A stretch of 64,000 bases of DNA from Tubiluchus corallicola (GCA_030141605.1 JAQGDQ010000149.1:431619-495618), one strand, 5' to 3'. Positions 12,701 to 25,700 are shown, counted from the stretch's first letter. Notes: generated from the letters alone by a model not told the origin. Made by a program: numbers and translations.

Positions 12701-15700
12701 AAATATCTAAAGCATGAACTGTAGCTTCCAAGTTTACATGATGCAAATGATACACTTGCACTTGATATTATAGCAAATTTTGTTAAGAAAACAGTTAAAA
12801 TAACTAAAAAATTACTGCTTTTAAATTAATTAAAACTACTTAACAAATTAACAAAATTTAATTATATACCAATTAAGTACAATAAACTACACACAAATTA
12901 AGCCACGCTTGCTTTTTCTAGGTCAATCAAGGTTAGTGGTGAATGTCAGCGATATTTCTGAGCTTCTTAAATACACCTTTTATACTCTGTTAATATATAA
13001 CCAATTTTTTGTTGATACAGAATGTCCTAAACACACACGCATGCACGCACACACACAGTCGAATTCCATTAATACGATTTTCACGGGACCAAAATATTTT
13101 TCGTAATAAACGGTTTTCGTAGTATCCATTTACATGTATTTTTACTTCTAATGTAAAATAGCAATTAACAGGGTCTCTTCATCAGTTTTCTTTTGTCAGG
13201 GATAATAATTTAAGCTTGCTTAACCCCCATTTTACAAAAATACAAACTGGAAAAGTACCTCAACGTATTACCAGTCTGTTGCTGTAGATTGTCTAAATTT
13301 TAAAGCAAGCAATGGATTAATGGTGCCAGAGAGTTTGTGGTATGTTAATACAGCGAAAGTACAGTCTGTAGTACATCCCAATATTAATGCCCACCCACTC
13401 AACAAAACATTACTACAACCACTGCTATGATATTACAATTGGATACATGTAAGTGAGGCCAACTTGTTTAGGGAAGGGAAGTCAGACTGTAAGAAACACT
13501 AGTTTTACACTACAAGGGCAAATTTTTATCATATTGGAATGGCATTTTGGAAATCAACAATTTGACTGGAGGTAGTTGTTTGTACACTCATTTTAATGAT
13601 TAATTTTTAAACTGTGAAAATTTTTAACTGGAAAAAAAAATCCATCAAAAAAGTAAAAATGCGCTGTAATTAACTCACTCACATTTTATTATCAAGTCTT
13701 GAAGAAATCAGTAATTTTACTGTTTTGTGTTCTTATGAAGCAAAATTTGTAATGATGTCATTTAAACTTTGCACTGAACGTAGAATATCTGACTGAATGC
13801 ATTAACTAATTTAAACCACCTTGAAAGTTTAAACTAAACTATTACAAAATGTTGCAACTGCATGATAACGTACGTGCATTACATAATGACGTATAATCCT
13901 AATCGTTGCAAAAAAACATAGCTGTGGTTACTGTGGCAACAGGCGAAGAGTGTCTAGAGTCTAGACAGGGCAGGCCTGTGCAGAATTCATATTAAAAGTG
14001 TTTATTTGTATTAAAATTACATTGGCAGGACTTTGGGAAAACGTCGTACAAACGGGGTTTTCGTAATAACGAGTTTCTTATTAACCATACATGATTACAT
14101 AGGTTTTATTATACTTTGCAGGGACCTATAAAATCATTGTACTATCGAGAGTTTCGTTATAAGCCAAAATCATATTACTGGGATTCGACACACGCACACA
14201 CGCACGCACACACACACACACACACACATATAAGCTGGTAATACAAAGAATTATCAGCTAGAAGAGGCTTTAGCCTTAATTAATTATACTTAAGATTTGT
14301 AAAAACTATTGTCAGTTTCACAAGGGTACTTTTTAAAGTCTGCATGCATACATAATGTGTTTTAGATCTGCAATTAAGGGCTATTCGGTACAGTGGAGCA
14401 CTATACTTACTGATCTAGCAGAGGTTTGCACAACCTGCCCATGTTTTGTATACAAATGTACCACAACCATGAACATACCTAAAAAATATCAAAATGATAT
14501 TGTAATAATGAACCAAGCAACCATTGTTAATTACAAATTTGCAATTAAAAAAAGCTAAAGGGAAAAATTAAAATTGACATTAAAGATTATGTATGATCTC
14601 ACCTAACTTCTGATTCACTTCAGACTCTGGCATTTCCATTTGAACAGTTATGTCATAAGGCTGTCCAGGCATTAGTATCTACAAAATAAAAAAATGCAGC
14701 TATTGCAGCTGCTTGGTTTCAGCAAAATACTTTAAATAAATGATAAAAGTCAGCCTACTAGCGATGACTTACGTACAGTACAAAAACAGAGTGTATGAAA
14801 AATCAGTGCCAAGGCAAACATGTGCCGCTACTTGTAGTGCTGCTGGCGTGAAAAAATATACATGAAAAAAGTGAAGCAGTACTAAATTGTGTTATTTTTT
14901 CTTTTTTGAGAAATCCTTTCCGAGTCCTAATCCTTGATCCTAGTGAGATTCAATGGGTAATCTTACATTATTGTACAAAAGCAACCTGCAAACTTCTCTG
15001 CTTAACACGAACATAAATACTTTATGTCTTCACTTTTGACCAATGCACAATATTGAAAATACTTACAGGCTGGCCTCCAGGGTAAGTGAAACTGATGTTT
15101 GCAGCAGGAAATGAACACAACTTTTGCTGTTCAGGTTCACACTCAGTCCTGATAAAAAAACACATTCGTGTAATAGGCTATGCAGAAAAGTTGCGTGACA
15201 CATACTATACATATAAACAAATTACTGTGTATACATAAGCCTTATGAGCTTTTTTGTGCATTACGATGCAAATATAATGAGTACATAAGGCCAATAAAAA
15301 CTAGCTGATAATAACCGGTGTTATTATTTGCTGTTATGCAACTCTACTACAGACATGTTGAGTCTCTAAGAAACATACTGAGCAATGAACGTTCAGCACT
15401 CTTGTCGCTTCCTTGCAAAATATCCCTGTATTCACTTATATTATATTTAATATCACTTATATTATTATATTAATATTTCAGTATTGATATACAAGAAGCA
15501 ATTGTAATTCCAATAGTACTGTTTCTGTGCTTACTAGCACCTATCTTCAGGTGGTAATTGCAATAAAAGGAACATTGACTTAAAATAATAAACAAAGATG
15601 CGAAACAGAAACAGTTGAAAATATGAGAACAATTAACAATAAATATTAATAACATATTGAGATAAATGTGTGATATTATACTGATAAACAAACAAATTTG

Positions 15701-18115
15701 TGCAGCAAAATCTTGACATCAGCTTGTACATTTTGATAAAACTGATTTAATTGTGTGCCTTTTTGTTTTGTTACTGGAAGGATACAAAATTTATGTGATA
15801 CACATTAAAACTAATATACCAGCAAATTTTTGTTAGCTCACATCTTACCAATGATCTTATAAATTCTCACCAGTTTGCCCTAGATACATTTTGTAAATTT
15901 TTTCATAGACAATGCATTTTTATAGTAGAGTGGTTAATGTCAAAATACAGTTTTAAGAATTGTTCGTTTTGTGATAAAAGTGCTTACTTTGGTTCATCTA
16001 GATGGCATTCAAATCTAGAAGTTTCATTCTATGGTGGTTCTACCAGAATCTCTCAGTGGAATCAGGGAGGATCCTATGATGAAGTTAGGGTACCAAGGGT
16101 CCATAATGTTATATGCCTAACTTTACTGATAAATTATGTGCTCTACATAACTGCTATAGACATTTAGATCTTGTACTATTGTTTTAGAGGTGGTTCCACT
16201 ACTGTCTTCCAGTGGGACGAGGGCAGATCCCAGTGATGAAGTACAGTAATCCCAGAATACAGTCAAACCTCGTTATGGTATCTCCTCCTTTACAATGCCA
16301 ACCTCGTTTCATGTGCAAGTTTTCAGCAAAACAAAATGTTTGTATTTGCATAGACATTATGTATTCCCCATAACTGCTAAAGTTATTTTACAGAAATGAA
16401 GTAGAACTTAATGTATTTTATATTGTAATCATCACACTAGAGGCTAACGTCCTGTTTAGAGGGTTGAAGAAATTAAGTCTGAATATCTGATCAAATATAC
16501 ATGTAAATATTATTTTTGTTCTGTATCACTAGCTTTAAAGCTTCTGGACTACCTAATTGAAACTTGATACCTTGTACATATAGTCTAAGATGAAGGGGAA
16601 GGTGATTTCAAATGACACACAAATACATGACACCAGATCAAGCTGCAGAGTTTTTTGAATGGGACTGTTATAAGGTAATATGAACGACATTTATTATTAT
16701 GCTACAAAATTGTACAGTTTTACGTGATTACAGATACGGATACTAAAATTGAAAACATACAAATTCACAATAGTTCAGTGCAATGAAGTTACAATTTGTA
16801 CAGCTTCACTTTTCACTGACAAAAAAAACAAAATGAAACAGTTTTATAAAGATAACTGATAAGCAATGACACGTGCCAAATTCGATACTATAACGATAAA
16901 AACAATTTTTTAGTACCGATAAGATAATCGATAATTATCTATATGTACCGTTATCGTTAACTTCCCTAACTTACTGCATATTCATTCAGCGCTAGCTTTA
17001 GAAAAATATAGAATGATTTGTTTAGTTGTTTGTGCTAGCTACCAACTGGAAAACGACCAGATCAATTAATAAGCAAATGCTCATCTTGTCAGATCTTAAC
17101 TTAATGCTTGAGTACAATATCAAGTAACAATTCTTGTAAACTTTTTTGTCTATCTCTTGTTGCATTTGCAACAGTGCTTTTACACCTGCTAAGTAGCTTA
17201 TAATTTTTCCAGACTTAACTATGCGGTCATAGTCATGAAAGTAAAACTTCAAAAGTTCTAAAAATTTTGAGGACATTGGGCAATGAACGAGGACTCATGC
17301 AATTTTAACTACTGGATAACATTGTAGGCTTGCAGCATAGCACAGAAAAAACGTACTCTTGCATGAACAAGACAATGGCATGACGGCGCTGGTACCCAAG
17401 TGTCTAACACCCAGATGGTTGCAGCAAAAAATGGCCCGTTGCCACCTGCAAGGCTCCAATGAATAAGTTTATAGCATGATTTACCAGCTTTTGGAAATTC
17501 CCCAATTTGTGCTCAGTATCTCGCGGTATAAAGTCCACAGTAGACTTAGGTTTAGATGCAATCTGATCCATGTGATTAGTCCACTTGAGATCGCGTCAGA
17601 TATTGACATCAAAGTGAGGATTCGTCTTCTTCGTTATGCTGATGATCTCAAACTTGTCAGAATGAAATTCCATCTTCTATTTGCTTGACCATGCTACAAG
17701 ACTGTCCAGACCCTCTTGGAGCATTTTGGTAAATTGTCCGTTCTTTAGTGCTAAGTAAGACATGGTGTCGTTAGCAAACAAGCGAACTTCAGACCAGAAA
17801 CAATGAAGGAAATCAATGGATACTATCAAGTATCATGGGAATAAAGGGATAATTATAGGAAATGCAATTCAGGATTCAAATTTAAGGTAATTAAAATGCT
17901 AAGACTCACTTGAACTGCAAATAAATAGGATACGTATGTGACATCGCTGGCATATACACATAGTGAAAACTTCCATACATAAATACTGATAGCCACAAAA
18001 GTAATAAGAACACTGCAAAAGTAACAAATGCCTTAACAAGCTTCTCTTTTATTAAGTGAAACCATTGGAAAATGCGCCGGTTCGCTAATTTTATGATGTG
18101 AAACGCGTCAAACAT
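9745..18115 (-). CDS. BSCL2: Seipin (lipid-droplet biogenesis ER protein), complete, 370 aa. Exons 18115-17910, 15148-15067, 14678-14603, 14478-14411, 12240-12106, 11121-11024, 10765-10563, 9989-9745.
   Basis: All introns are GT-AG and in phase, and the exons total 1113 nt. Seipin hallmarks: TM1 followed by [91 protein letters not shown], then TM2 and an acidic tail. Confidence 0.95.
13056..14189. mobile_element. Tc1/pogo-like MITE (family B, copy 2) in a seipin intron, flanked by CA-repeat tracts
   Basis: CAGTCGAATTCC...TAATACGATTTT at the left end and AAAATCATATTACTGGGATTCGAC at the right end form an inverted repeat. Homologous to 7084-7804. Confidence 0.7.
17480..17825 (-). mobile_element. 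Decayed CR1/L2-type LINE RT fragment
   Basis: The minus strand reads [10 protein letters not shown]...[22 protein letters not shown]...[14 protein letters not shown], with stops. Confidence 0.65.
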
Positions 18116-18467
18116 TATTTTGCAACTACTAACAGTTTACATTTATTAGTTTAGAAATAAAACGTTCGCAATCTTGTTCTCGACTCAAACTCATGCACGC
18201 CGCCATTAACCAAAAATACAAATTTGTAAACTTGCTTACTTGCATCACTTGCAATCTTGCGCTAAACTCACGCTGACTTCTTTGTAGAGAATGCCAGCAC
18301 CTCTCTATACTTTTACAACTTTCAGAACTATCAAACTCTAATTCGTAATTATCAATGCCATTTTCAGAATAAACAATTTCAAGTTCAAAACAGTCAAAAT
18401 CAAATTTGGAATAATCAACATCAATTTCAATACTACAACTCAATACTGAGTTTACGATTAATTAAAG

Positions 18468-20340
18468 GCAGTGGCTAGAGGTACGGATCCGTTCTCGTCT
18501 TTTCTGCGATACCGAATACGGATCCGTATTCGTAGCTATTTTTGCAACAAATGCGGAACCATGCTTTTTGTGACATTTACAAAATATACAGATTTTGACC
18601 ATTTTTACGACATACGGTGTCTGACCATGTGCCTCTTAGCTTCACATTAACAAACAGTTTTCAACAATAGGGCACACATACCAAGCCTAGTCAATTTGTT
18701 GCCCGTATTTACGGATATTACGGAACGAGGATGTTCAATTTCACTCAATTCGCGCATTTGCGGATATTTACAGTTGCGTATTTTGCGGTTGTTGATACTT
18801 TAGACACGGATCTGTATTCATAGCTATTTTTGCAACAAATACGGAATCGTGCTTTTTGTGACATTCATTGGCGTATGGGATGGGCCGGAAACAATTAGCA
18901 TGCACAAAATTGAAAATATACTAGTTGCTGGGTTCTCCGCAGGTCTCCTATTGTTTATAAAAATCTTATCACTTCCTGTCTTCGGTGCGCGCGCATTGAT
19001 TATTCGCCAGTGATTATCAAAGTCAAATTCCCCATTATTTCATATTATTTACAAAACCCGAGTTTGTGCTTTGCGATTTCTGGTCCTTTATTTATTTAGG
19101 ATCTGGACTCACTGCCTGTATTGTACTGCATTGTGTTGCCGGAAAAATCAATTTTTCTTAATTATCTCAAAAACGACCGCACTGATTTCAAAGGACTGCA
19201 GCTGAGATTGTTGATTACACGCAAGAACACTCCATCATGTCTATACTTCCAACTTTTTCAAAGGTTGTCATAATTTTAGCATCTATTCCGACCACGTCTT
19301 GTTCCGCCGAACACTCCTTCAGTGCCCTTCGCCGTTTGAAAACATACTTGAGAAATACGATGGGCCAGGCACGTCTCTCTAACTTAGCCATTCTAAACAT
19401 TGAGCGTTAGGTGACCAACTGCGTAATGAGGAACAAGATGGAGCAAATAATTGATATATTCGGCCACCGAAACAAACGTGATAAATTCTTTTTCTGACCG
19501 ACATGAGAAAGTGGCAAGTGTCTGTGCATAGTTGCTTTCTTAATTCTTGCATCTTGCGTGGTGATTGCTAATTTGACAGATTATGTAACCGATTTGTATA
19601 TCAGTCATGAAATATGGATAATTCCTCTTTACTGGTTCATTGCTCTGTCATCTCAGTCATTCAGTGTTCACTGGAAATGAACTGTTCTGTTTTGGAAGTT
19701 ATCGCCACACTTCTAGTTTTTATGACACTGTTTATACCATAATCAATGACAATGTTTGAAACCTAATGATCCAGGTGCTTGTGCATAATCAAACAAGCAC
19801 AGCTTATCAAGATATCTGGCCATATAAGTCATATCATGTGTTGTGCATCACATTTCAATATGGCTAATAAATAATGTGGATCAGCTTCATGAGTTCAGTC
19901 TTATGTCATCTAATGACGCCTTTTTGTATTTGCTATCTGGAACTTAGTAAGGTGTACTTGTTGAAACGGGGGCCTAAAAATCGGGTGAAATTCTAAGAAT
20001 TCTGGCAAAGAATCCTCTGCCCCCCCCAAAATGCAGGGACCCCGTATGCTTATGGTGACATTTACAAAACATACGGATTTCGACAATTTTTACAACATAC
20101 GGCGTTTGACCATGTGCCACCTAGCTTGACATTAAGAAACGGTTTTCAACAATAAGACACACATACCAAGGCTAGTTAATTGGTTGCCCATATTTTGCGG
20201 ATATTATGGATACGAGGATATTCCATTTCACTCAATCCGTGAATTTTGAGGATGCGGATATTTACAGTGCGGATTTTGCGGTTGCTGACACTTAGAGACT
20301 CGGATCTGTATTTTTAGTTGCTGCAGTCCGGATACTAACT
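18468..20340. repeat. About 290-bp tandem repeat array (about 2.2 units), interrupted by a hAT element
   Basis: The unit start CGGATC.GTATT...TAGCTATTTTTGCAACAAAT recurs at about 18519 and 18807, with a partial copy at about 20301. Unit 2 resumes at 20063 after the insertion. Confidence 0.8.
18866..20054 (+). mobile_element. Internally deleted hAT transposon retaining the C-terminal dimerisation domain (19237-19497)
   Basis: Perfect 8-bp TSD GTGACATT (18858-18865 and 20055-20062) and imperfect TIRs CATTGGCGTATGGG / CCCGTATGCTTATG. Translation: ILPTFSKVVIILASIPTTSCSAEHSFSALRRLKTYLRNTMGQARLSNLAILNIER*...IIDIFGHRNKR. Confidence 0.9.
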
Positions 20341-20341
20341 A

Positions 20342-20953
20342 TCAACCAATCTCTGTTTAATTATTACCGTTCAATTTGCCTGATCCGAGACCTTTCTTTT
20401 GATGTACTACAAGCCAGTTTCGGTTGACACTGGAAGGCACTTCTTTCCTCGACCCTTATTTTGCCCCCTAGCGGGGTCGCAGGCTGTAACCCATGCCATT
20501 CGATTCGTCCCATCGAGGTCTTTCATTTGATATGCTACATAGATGCATTTCTGTTCCCAATCCGGTTTTTGTCCCTAGTGGAAAATTTTCCTAAACGCGC
20601 TAATCCAATGCAAGGCCACGAACCCACCTAGCAATATACCAAATATTGTGGCCCAGGCTCAACAACTGTGGGAGCAGATGGATCAAAAGGAAAAATAATT
20701 AATGACCCGCCCGCACCATGACATTTGTCCCGGGCAACTCGGGTCACATGAATACACTGTACATAGATAACTTTACCAAGAGAGTGTTGTTTTGTGTCCC
20801 TAGCCCTCAGCACGTAAAAGGTCACCAATTGGGGACCTCAAATCTTGCATATTGGCCCTCCTTCAGGGGTTTAAAACTTGTCAGATTTTTAAAACCCCAG
20901 GTGCAGATCTACCCCACAGTACGCATATATTTGTGAAAAAAAATCGGAAAAAC
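20342..20953 (-). mobile_element. Truncated second copy of the Helentron-like element
   Basis: Collinear with 4391-5191 (GATGTACTACAAGC, GGGAGCAGATGGATC, GTAAAAGGTCACCAATTGGGG, ATCTACCCCACAGTACGCATATA), but with only one unit of the 123-bp repeat. Confidence 0.8.
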
Positions 20954-21553
20954 TGCGAAATAGTGAAAATAATATAAAATATAAATTCATATAAAATATT
21001 GCTCACTTTTGCATTATATTGTTAGTATCACACAGGAGCGCCATTTTGCAAGACGCACAAGAAAGATTTTTGGGCCCAATTATACCATCATCGCTAGCTG
21101 TTTAACTCCAGTATTGCTGTTAAAAATTTTTTTGAGGTAATATTCAGTTATAAGAAACATTTTGATAATTAGTATAGCTAATAAAATGTATATGTCTAAA
21201 AAGTGTGTCTAAAAAGTCACCAAGTGTCCTTCATTGCAGGCTTGCAGCTTGTCAACATTATTCATTTCAGTATTTTGATGCAGAGTAAATTATTCTAACT
21301 AATCCACGAATAAAAAACTTTGAACAAATCAATGCAATGTTCAGCAATTAATTGCAAATAGGGTTTGTTTTATATAGATCTACATAAAAGCAAGAAATTG
21401 GGCTATGAAACGAGTTGTTACATTAAGATGAAAATATTTATCAAAAAAGCTTGTCACGAAATTATTCAAGCTTTATGAAATTATTTCATAATATTGAGGG
21501 CATTTAATCATTACTCAGAACAAAAAGACACATAAGTAGACTCCAGTTAAAAC

Positions 21554-23068
21554 TCAATCATCATTGGAGCTAAAATTAGTCCTTAATGGTGTTATAGTGT
21601 GGTGATAGTTTTCCTGTGTGGAATTACGAAGAGCTGCAGCAGCATGAGTAAGTTGCAAAGCGGCATCTGGATGAACACCAGCCGGCAGCATTGAACACTC
21701 CCTCTCTAATATTGATGCAAGTCCGTCTAATAATTCATGAAAACCAAAAGCCAGAGCAGCTTTACGTAGTCTGTTCATTTCTTTGTAAAACTGCTGCTGC
21801 TTCTCTGGCAATTTTCTCCCATGTCGCAGTATCTTTTGAATATCAGTTTGCAATCCTGTCTGCCTGATCCAAACAACACAGTTCTGAGTGTAGCTGTGTC
21901 GCTCAGACGGTTTTACGGGAAAAGGGGGTTGAGTGCCATCGCTATGAAAGTCATTTAATGGGAAAAGCTTATCAAGCCTTCCTAACCAAGGTACAGATTC
22001 TTCTCCTTGTTCAAACACAGACAACATTAAATTGGACTTCTTTTTGCTATCAGCCCAAGAGTACAACATTCCATACCAGTCATCACTCAATAGACAAATA
22101 GCAACCATGCTTTCAACTTTTAAACTTCCATGTAGCAGAACACAAAAGGAAGGACACTTGCTGTTAGCCTCGCTGTCAACTTCATCTTCGTCTTCTGTGC
22201 CGTGACTTTCAAAATCTTTCACTTTGCCATTCTTAGTTTTTGATGGAGGTATTCTGGGAAGCACAAGATGACGTGAAATTATTGGTGGGCTGGCTACATC
22301 AGCCAAATCCAGAAAACCGCAAACAGAAATAATGCTATTCTTACTAGCAGCTTTTGCTTCTGACACCTTTGTAAAAACCTTTGGAGACGGGAACACTACC
22401 ACACGTGACGTAAGATTTCCACAACACAGTAAACTGTTACAAGGTGTATAATTGGCATCGACTAGTTTACTAAAGCATTTTTCAATGCTATGTACAGATG
22501 GCTCACTATCGAGCAAAACAACATCACCAGAAATATGCATTTGATCCAATACTTTTTCATACAGCATCACTGATGTTTGTGTTACTGCATCTTTGGGGTC
22601 GGCTATTAAAACAAAACTTAAATGAACAGGAAATGGAAATGGAAGTGGAAAATCATCAGAAAGTTTTTTGGAATTCATAGATTGGAAAAGAGGACCAATT
22701 CCACCACCATCAGTTATCACTATAATATTTACTGGTTGATTCGTTCCCCATTCATCCATAATTAAGGGCGTTACTCCAGATAAGACACTTTCCAGATAGG
22801 TTTTATCAAAACATTCGATGTTGTCTAATGCACTCTTAAGCTTACAATAGTCCCGAGTAAATGGCACAAGCACTTCCCAGAGAGAAGAAAACTGAACTAG
22901 CATGCTAAATTCTAATTTCAAGTGTACAGAAATGTGTTCAAAAAGCAATTTTAGCCCTCGTATTGCCAAGCTTATACAAGTGTGAGATTCGCTACTGTTG
23001 CCTGATTGGCTACAAGAAAGAGGCTTTGCCATGGACAGTGAGACATCGAGTAAAACCACAGTGGGCAT
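21554..23068 (-). CDS. INTS14: Integrator complex subunit 14 (VWA9), 504 aa, single coding exon
   Basis: Starts MPTVVLLDVSLSM (vWA domain). Conserved blocks FSSLWE...PFTRDY, PSFCVLLHGSLKVE, GMLYSWADSKKKSNLM, SYTQNCVVWIRQTGLQTDIQKILRHGRKLPEKQQQFYKE, HPDAALQLTHAA. The true ATG is at 23068, just after a TTTCTTTCAG acceptor that implies a 5' UTR intron. Confidence 0.95.
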   Translation of the reverse strand: MPTVVLLDVSLSMAKPLSCSQSGNSSESHTCISLAIRGLKLLFEHISVHLKLEFSMLVQFSSLWEVLVPFTRDYCKLKSALDNIECFDKTYLESVLSGVTPLIMDEWGTNQPVNIIVITDGGGIGPLFQSMNSKKLSDDFPLPFPFPVHLSFVLIADPKDAVTQTSVMLYEKVLDQMHISGDVVLLDSEPSVHSIEKCFSKLVDANYTPCNSLLCCGNLTSRVVVFPSPKVFTKVSEAKAASKNSIISVCGFLDLADVASPPIISRHLVLPRIPPSKTKNGKVKDFESHGTEDEDEVDSEANSKCPSFCVLLHGSLKVESMVAICLLSDDWYGMLYSWADSKKKSNLMLSVFEQGEESVPWLGRLDKLFPLNDFHSDGTQPPFPVKPSERHSYTQNCVVWIRQTGLQTDIQKILRHGRKLPEKQQQFYKEMNRLRKAALAFGFHELLDGLASILERECSMLPAGVHPDAALQLTHAAAALRNSTQENYHHTITPLRTNFSSNDD

Positions 23069-23591
23069 TGTGGATAAATTGTAATCTGAAAGAAAAACAA
23101 ACAACTTGAAATTTGAAAACTATATTTGCGATATACTTGTCGCAATCATTTAATTCTTTTACTCTCTGTATATAGGTCGTAAATTTCAGATCATGTTTCA
23201 CAGTTATTATAAACTGCTTGCACTATCTAATACAAACTATATACAAACAATTATGATGGCTGATTCATAATGTATGTTTATCGTCACCCCATCACAACTA
23301 CTTTGGTTACAAATTGTGTTTCTTTGCGTGTTCTGTATGTCTGGGATAAAAATGAATTTGCTTCAAATCAGTTTCTAGAGATTAGACTTTTAAGTCACCG
23401 AGCCATGTTGTGTTAAATCCATCTTGTTATTTCTTAACTGAAAATGATGAACAGTTTTATGAAACAAAAGGATACCGATATATACAATAAAGCATAACTG
23501 CACACAACTTTTCAAAATAAAATTATGAGTACATAAATTATAATGATAAAGATGGTATAGTTCATCAAAAAGCCAATGTCTACAACAGACG

Positions 23592-24345
23592 TAATGGGGC
23601 TGTTGGGAGCGGAGAAGGACACTAGCCGATGTAGGACAATTGGAGTACATGGGCTTCCCAAGTAGCACACTAGAGACAGCTAATGAATTGAGTCGTTAAC
23701 CATACTGGCAGTGTCCATTGTCCTTGTTTATTTAATAGTAATGATTGAAAATGTCAGTATACGGTGAATAATTTATTATAGATCTGATAATACAAAAGAA
23801 TCTTATTGTGTGCTATTAGAACAGCTAATATTAAATTAGGGTTCAATATTAATGTTTGAAGCAAAATAAGCCCACTTTTTAGGCAATTCCAATGTTTGCT
23901 TGAGATATATGTTTTTTATTTGTCTCGCTTCACAGACAGGTGATCCGTTTCACTACCTCTTGGGCAAATAGTTGTTTTCTATTAAGTAAACGGGCTAGCA
24001 AGCTATGTGCCCTACACAGTTTCTCTCTTTAAAGCATTAGATACTTAGTTTAATGTTATGATGATATTAATGGTTCTAATAATAATGATGATATTAATAA
24101 TTTAATTATTATTGCAAAAAATACATTTGTATTGTAAATCGCCAAGGACTATCCACCATTATTATAAAGTTACTTTTTTCTAAAGCAAATTTAGTTTTAT
24201 TATGTCATAATTCTCGATGGAAACCGCCAGTGCTCTACTTGGACTGCCCATGTACGACACTGTCGTTCCGCAAATTTAGTACATGCGCTTTAGCGGAAGT
24301 GTCCTACTTCGGCTAGTGGCGTACTCCGCGTCGTACAAGGCATAT
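23592..24345. mobile_element. Old foldback/MITE-like element with long degenerate inverted arms
   Basis: GCGGAGAAGGACACTAGCCGATGTAGGACA...GTACATGGGC..CCAAGTAG (23609-23665) is the reverse complement of CTACTTGG..GCCCATGTAC...TGTCCTACTTCGGCTAGTGGCGTACTCCGC (24235-24329). Confidence 0.5.
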
Positions 24346-25079
24346 GATGATGATGAGTATCCGTAGCTTACGCCTACTTCCTTGCAGCCTCTTCTAAATT
24401 CAGTGCACAGCATTACGCGAACGTATATTTTTTAATTACCAAAGTACTATTCTGTACAATATACAATTATACAAATACGTTATCAACAAGCCGTAGTCTG
24501 TAGTCATGTCGCTAAAATAATAAACGCACCGCAGAACACACCAATGCAATTTACTTCGTTTTATTTAGTAGGTTTATTTATTTATTTACAGTATTAAAGT
24601 GTCCGTACATTCAATAATATTTTAACTGCATAAAGCACCAAAAATGCACAATAGCAAAAAAGACAAGTTAAAATGGATCTCACGGGGGAATTACAATGAA
24701 TAAAATTACTATCTACATAATGTTTACAAAAATACATTGTGTTAAGAAGACAATTTTCATTAATATTTGGCCAAAATAGTTTCCTGGAGACAGCATTATT
24801 TTAGTTTTACCAGTGGAGGCTAGGGGGAGGGAGGGGCAAGTATGGTATGGAACGTTCACGTTCGAATTCGATTTGAGTGAGTTCTTTTAGTTCAAATTCA
24901 GTTCGAACATAAAATTATAGATTCGTATAGTTCATGGCTTCAACTAGATACAGATACGTTCTTTATAATTGAAATATTTGAAAAATCATGAATCCGCAAA
25001 ATTTAACCCCCGATTTTTGTGCACAATTGTTTTAAACATTTTAGTGTTAGACAATTTCTCGACCAATTCTATTCTGCTT

Positions 25080-25700
25080 TGGAATCCTATAAACCATTCC
25101 TTATTGATCAACAATATGCTGATGACATAGGCTGGGTAAATGTATCAAATTGTCAAACTAACACAATAAAAAGGGTTTTTCCAAAAAAACAGAAATATTC
25201 GAGTAAACCAGTCAAAAATAGAAGAATATAATTATTACTACAATTGTAATCAGTCTTGGAAAAAGTGCAAGTATATGGGCACTTTTTTAAGCACCGAAGA
25301 TGACGTTAAAAGTAGAAAGCAATAAGCAATGCATGCTTTTCTTCAACACAATAATGTATTAACTAGCAAGAAACTGAGTCTTAGCATAACACTTCAATTA
25401 TTTAATGCTTACGTTGCCCGCATATTTATGTACAACATTGAAACATTAGGCTTAACGATTACTCAAGAAAAGCAGATTGACACATTTTATAGAAGTCTTC
25501 TAAGGTTTGGAAGATAAGATAATCAAAATTGAAGATTTATACACCAGAACGAAAGAGTCCTTGGAGTTTAAAATCAAGACACGAAGATTAAGATGGCTGG
25601 GACACCTTCTAAGATTACCAAGTGAAGTACCAGTAAGAATAGCCTTATAGGAAGCCTTGAAACCTTACAAAAACCACCTGGCAAACCAAAAGCAACCTGA
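25080..25700 (+). mobile_element. Decayed non-LTR retrotransposon RT C-terminal fragment (RTE-like)
   Basis: QQYADDIGW, KCKYMGTFL, LFNAYVARIFMYNIET and KTRRLRWLGHLLRLP occur across several frames with stops. Confidence 0.75.

Noticed and set aside
18129-18443. 104-aa ORF upstream of seipin as a possible N-terminal extension
   Set aside because: It starts at TTG. Splicing from the CAA|GTAAGC donor (18240) to the nearby AG does not put it in frame with the seipin ATG. More likely 5' UTR or promoter.
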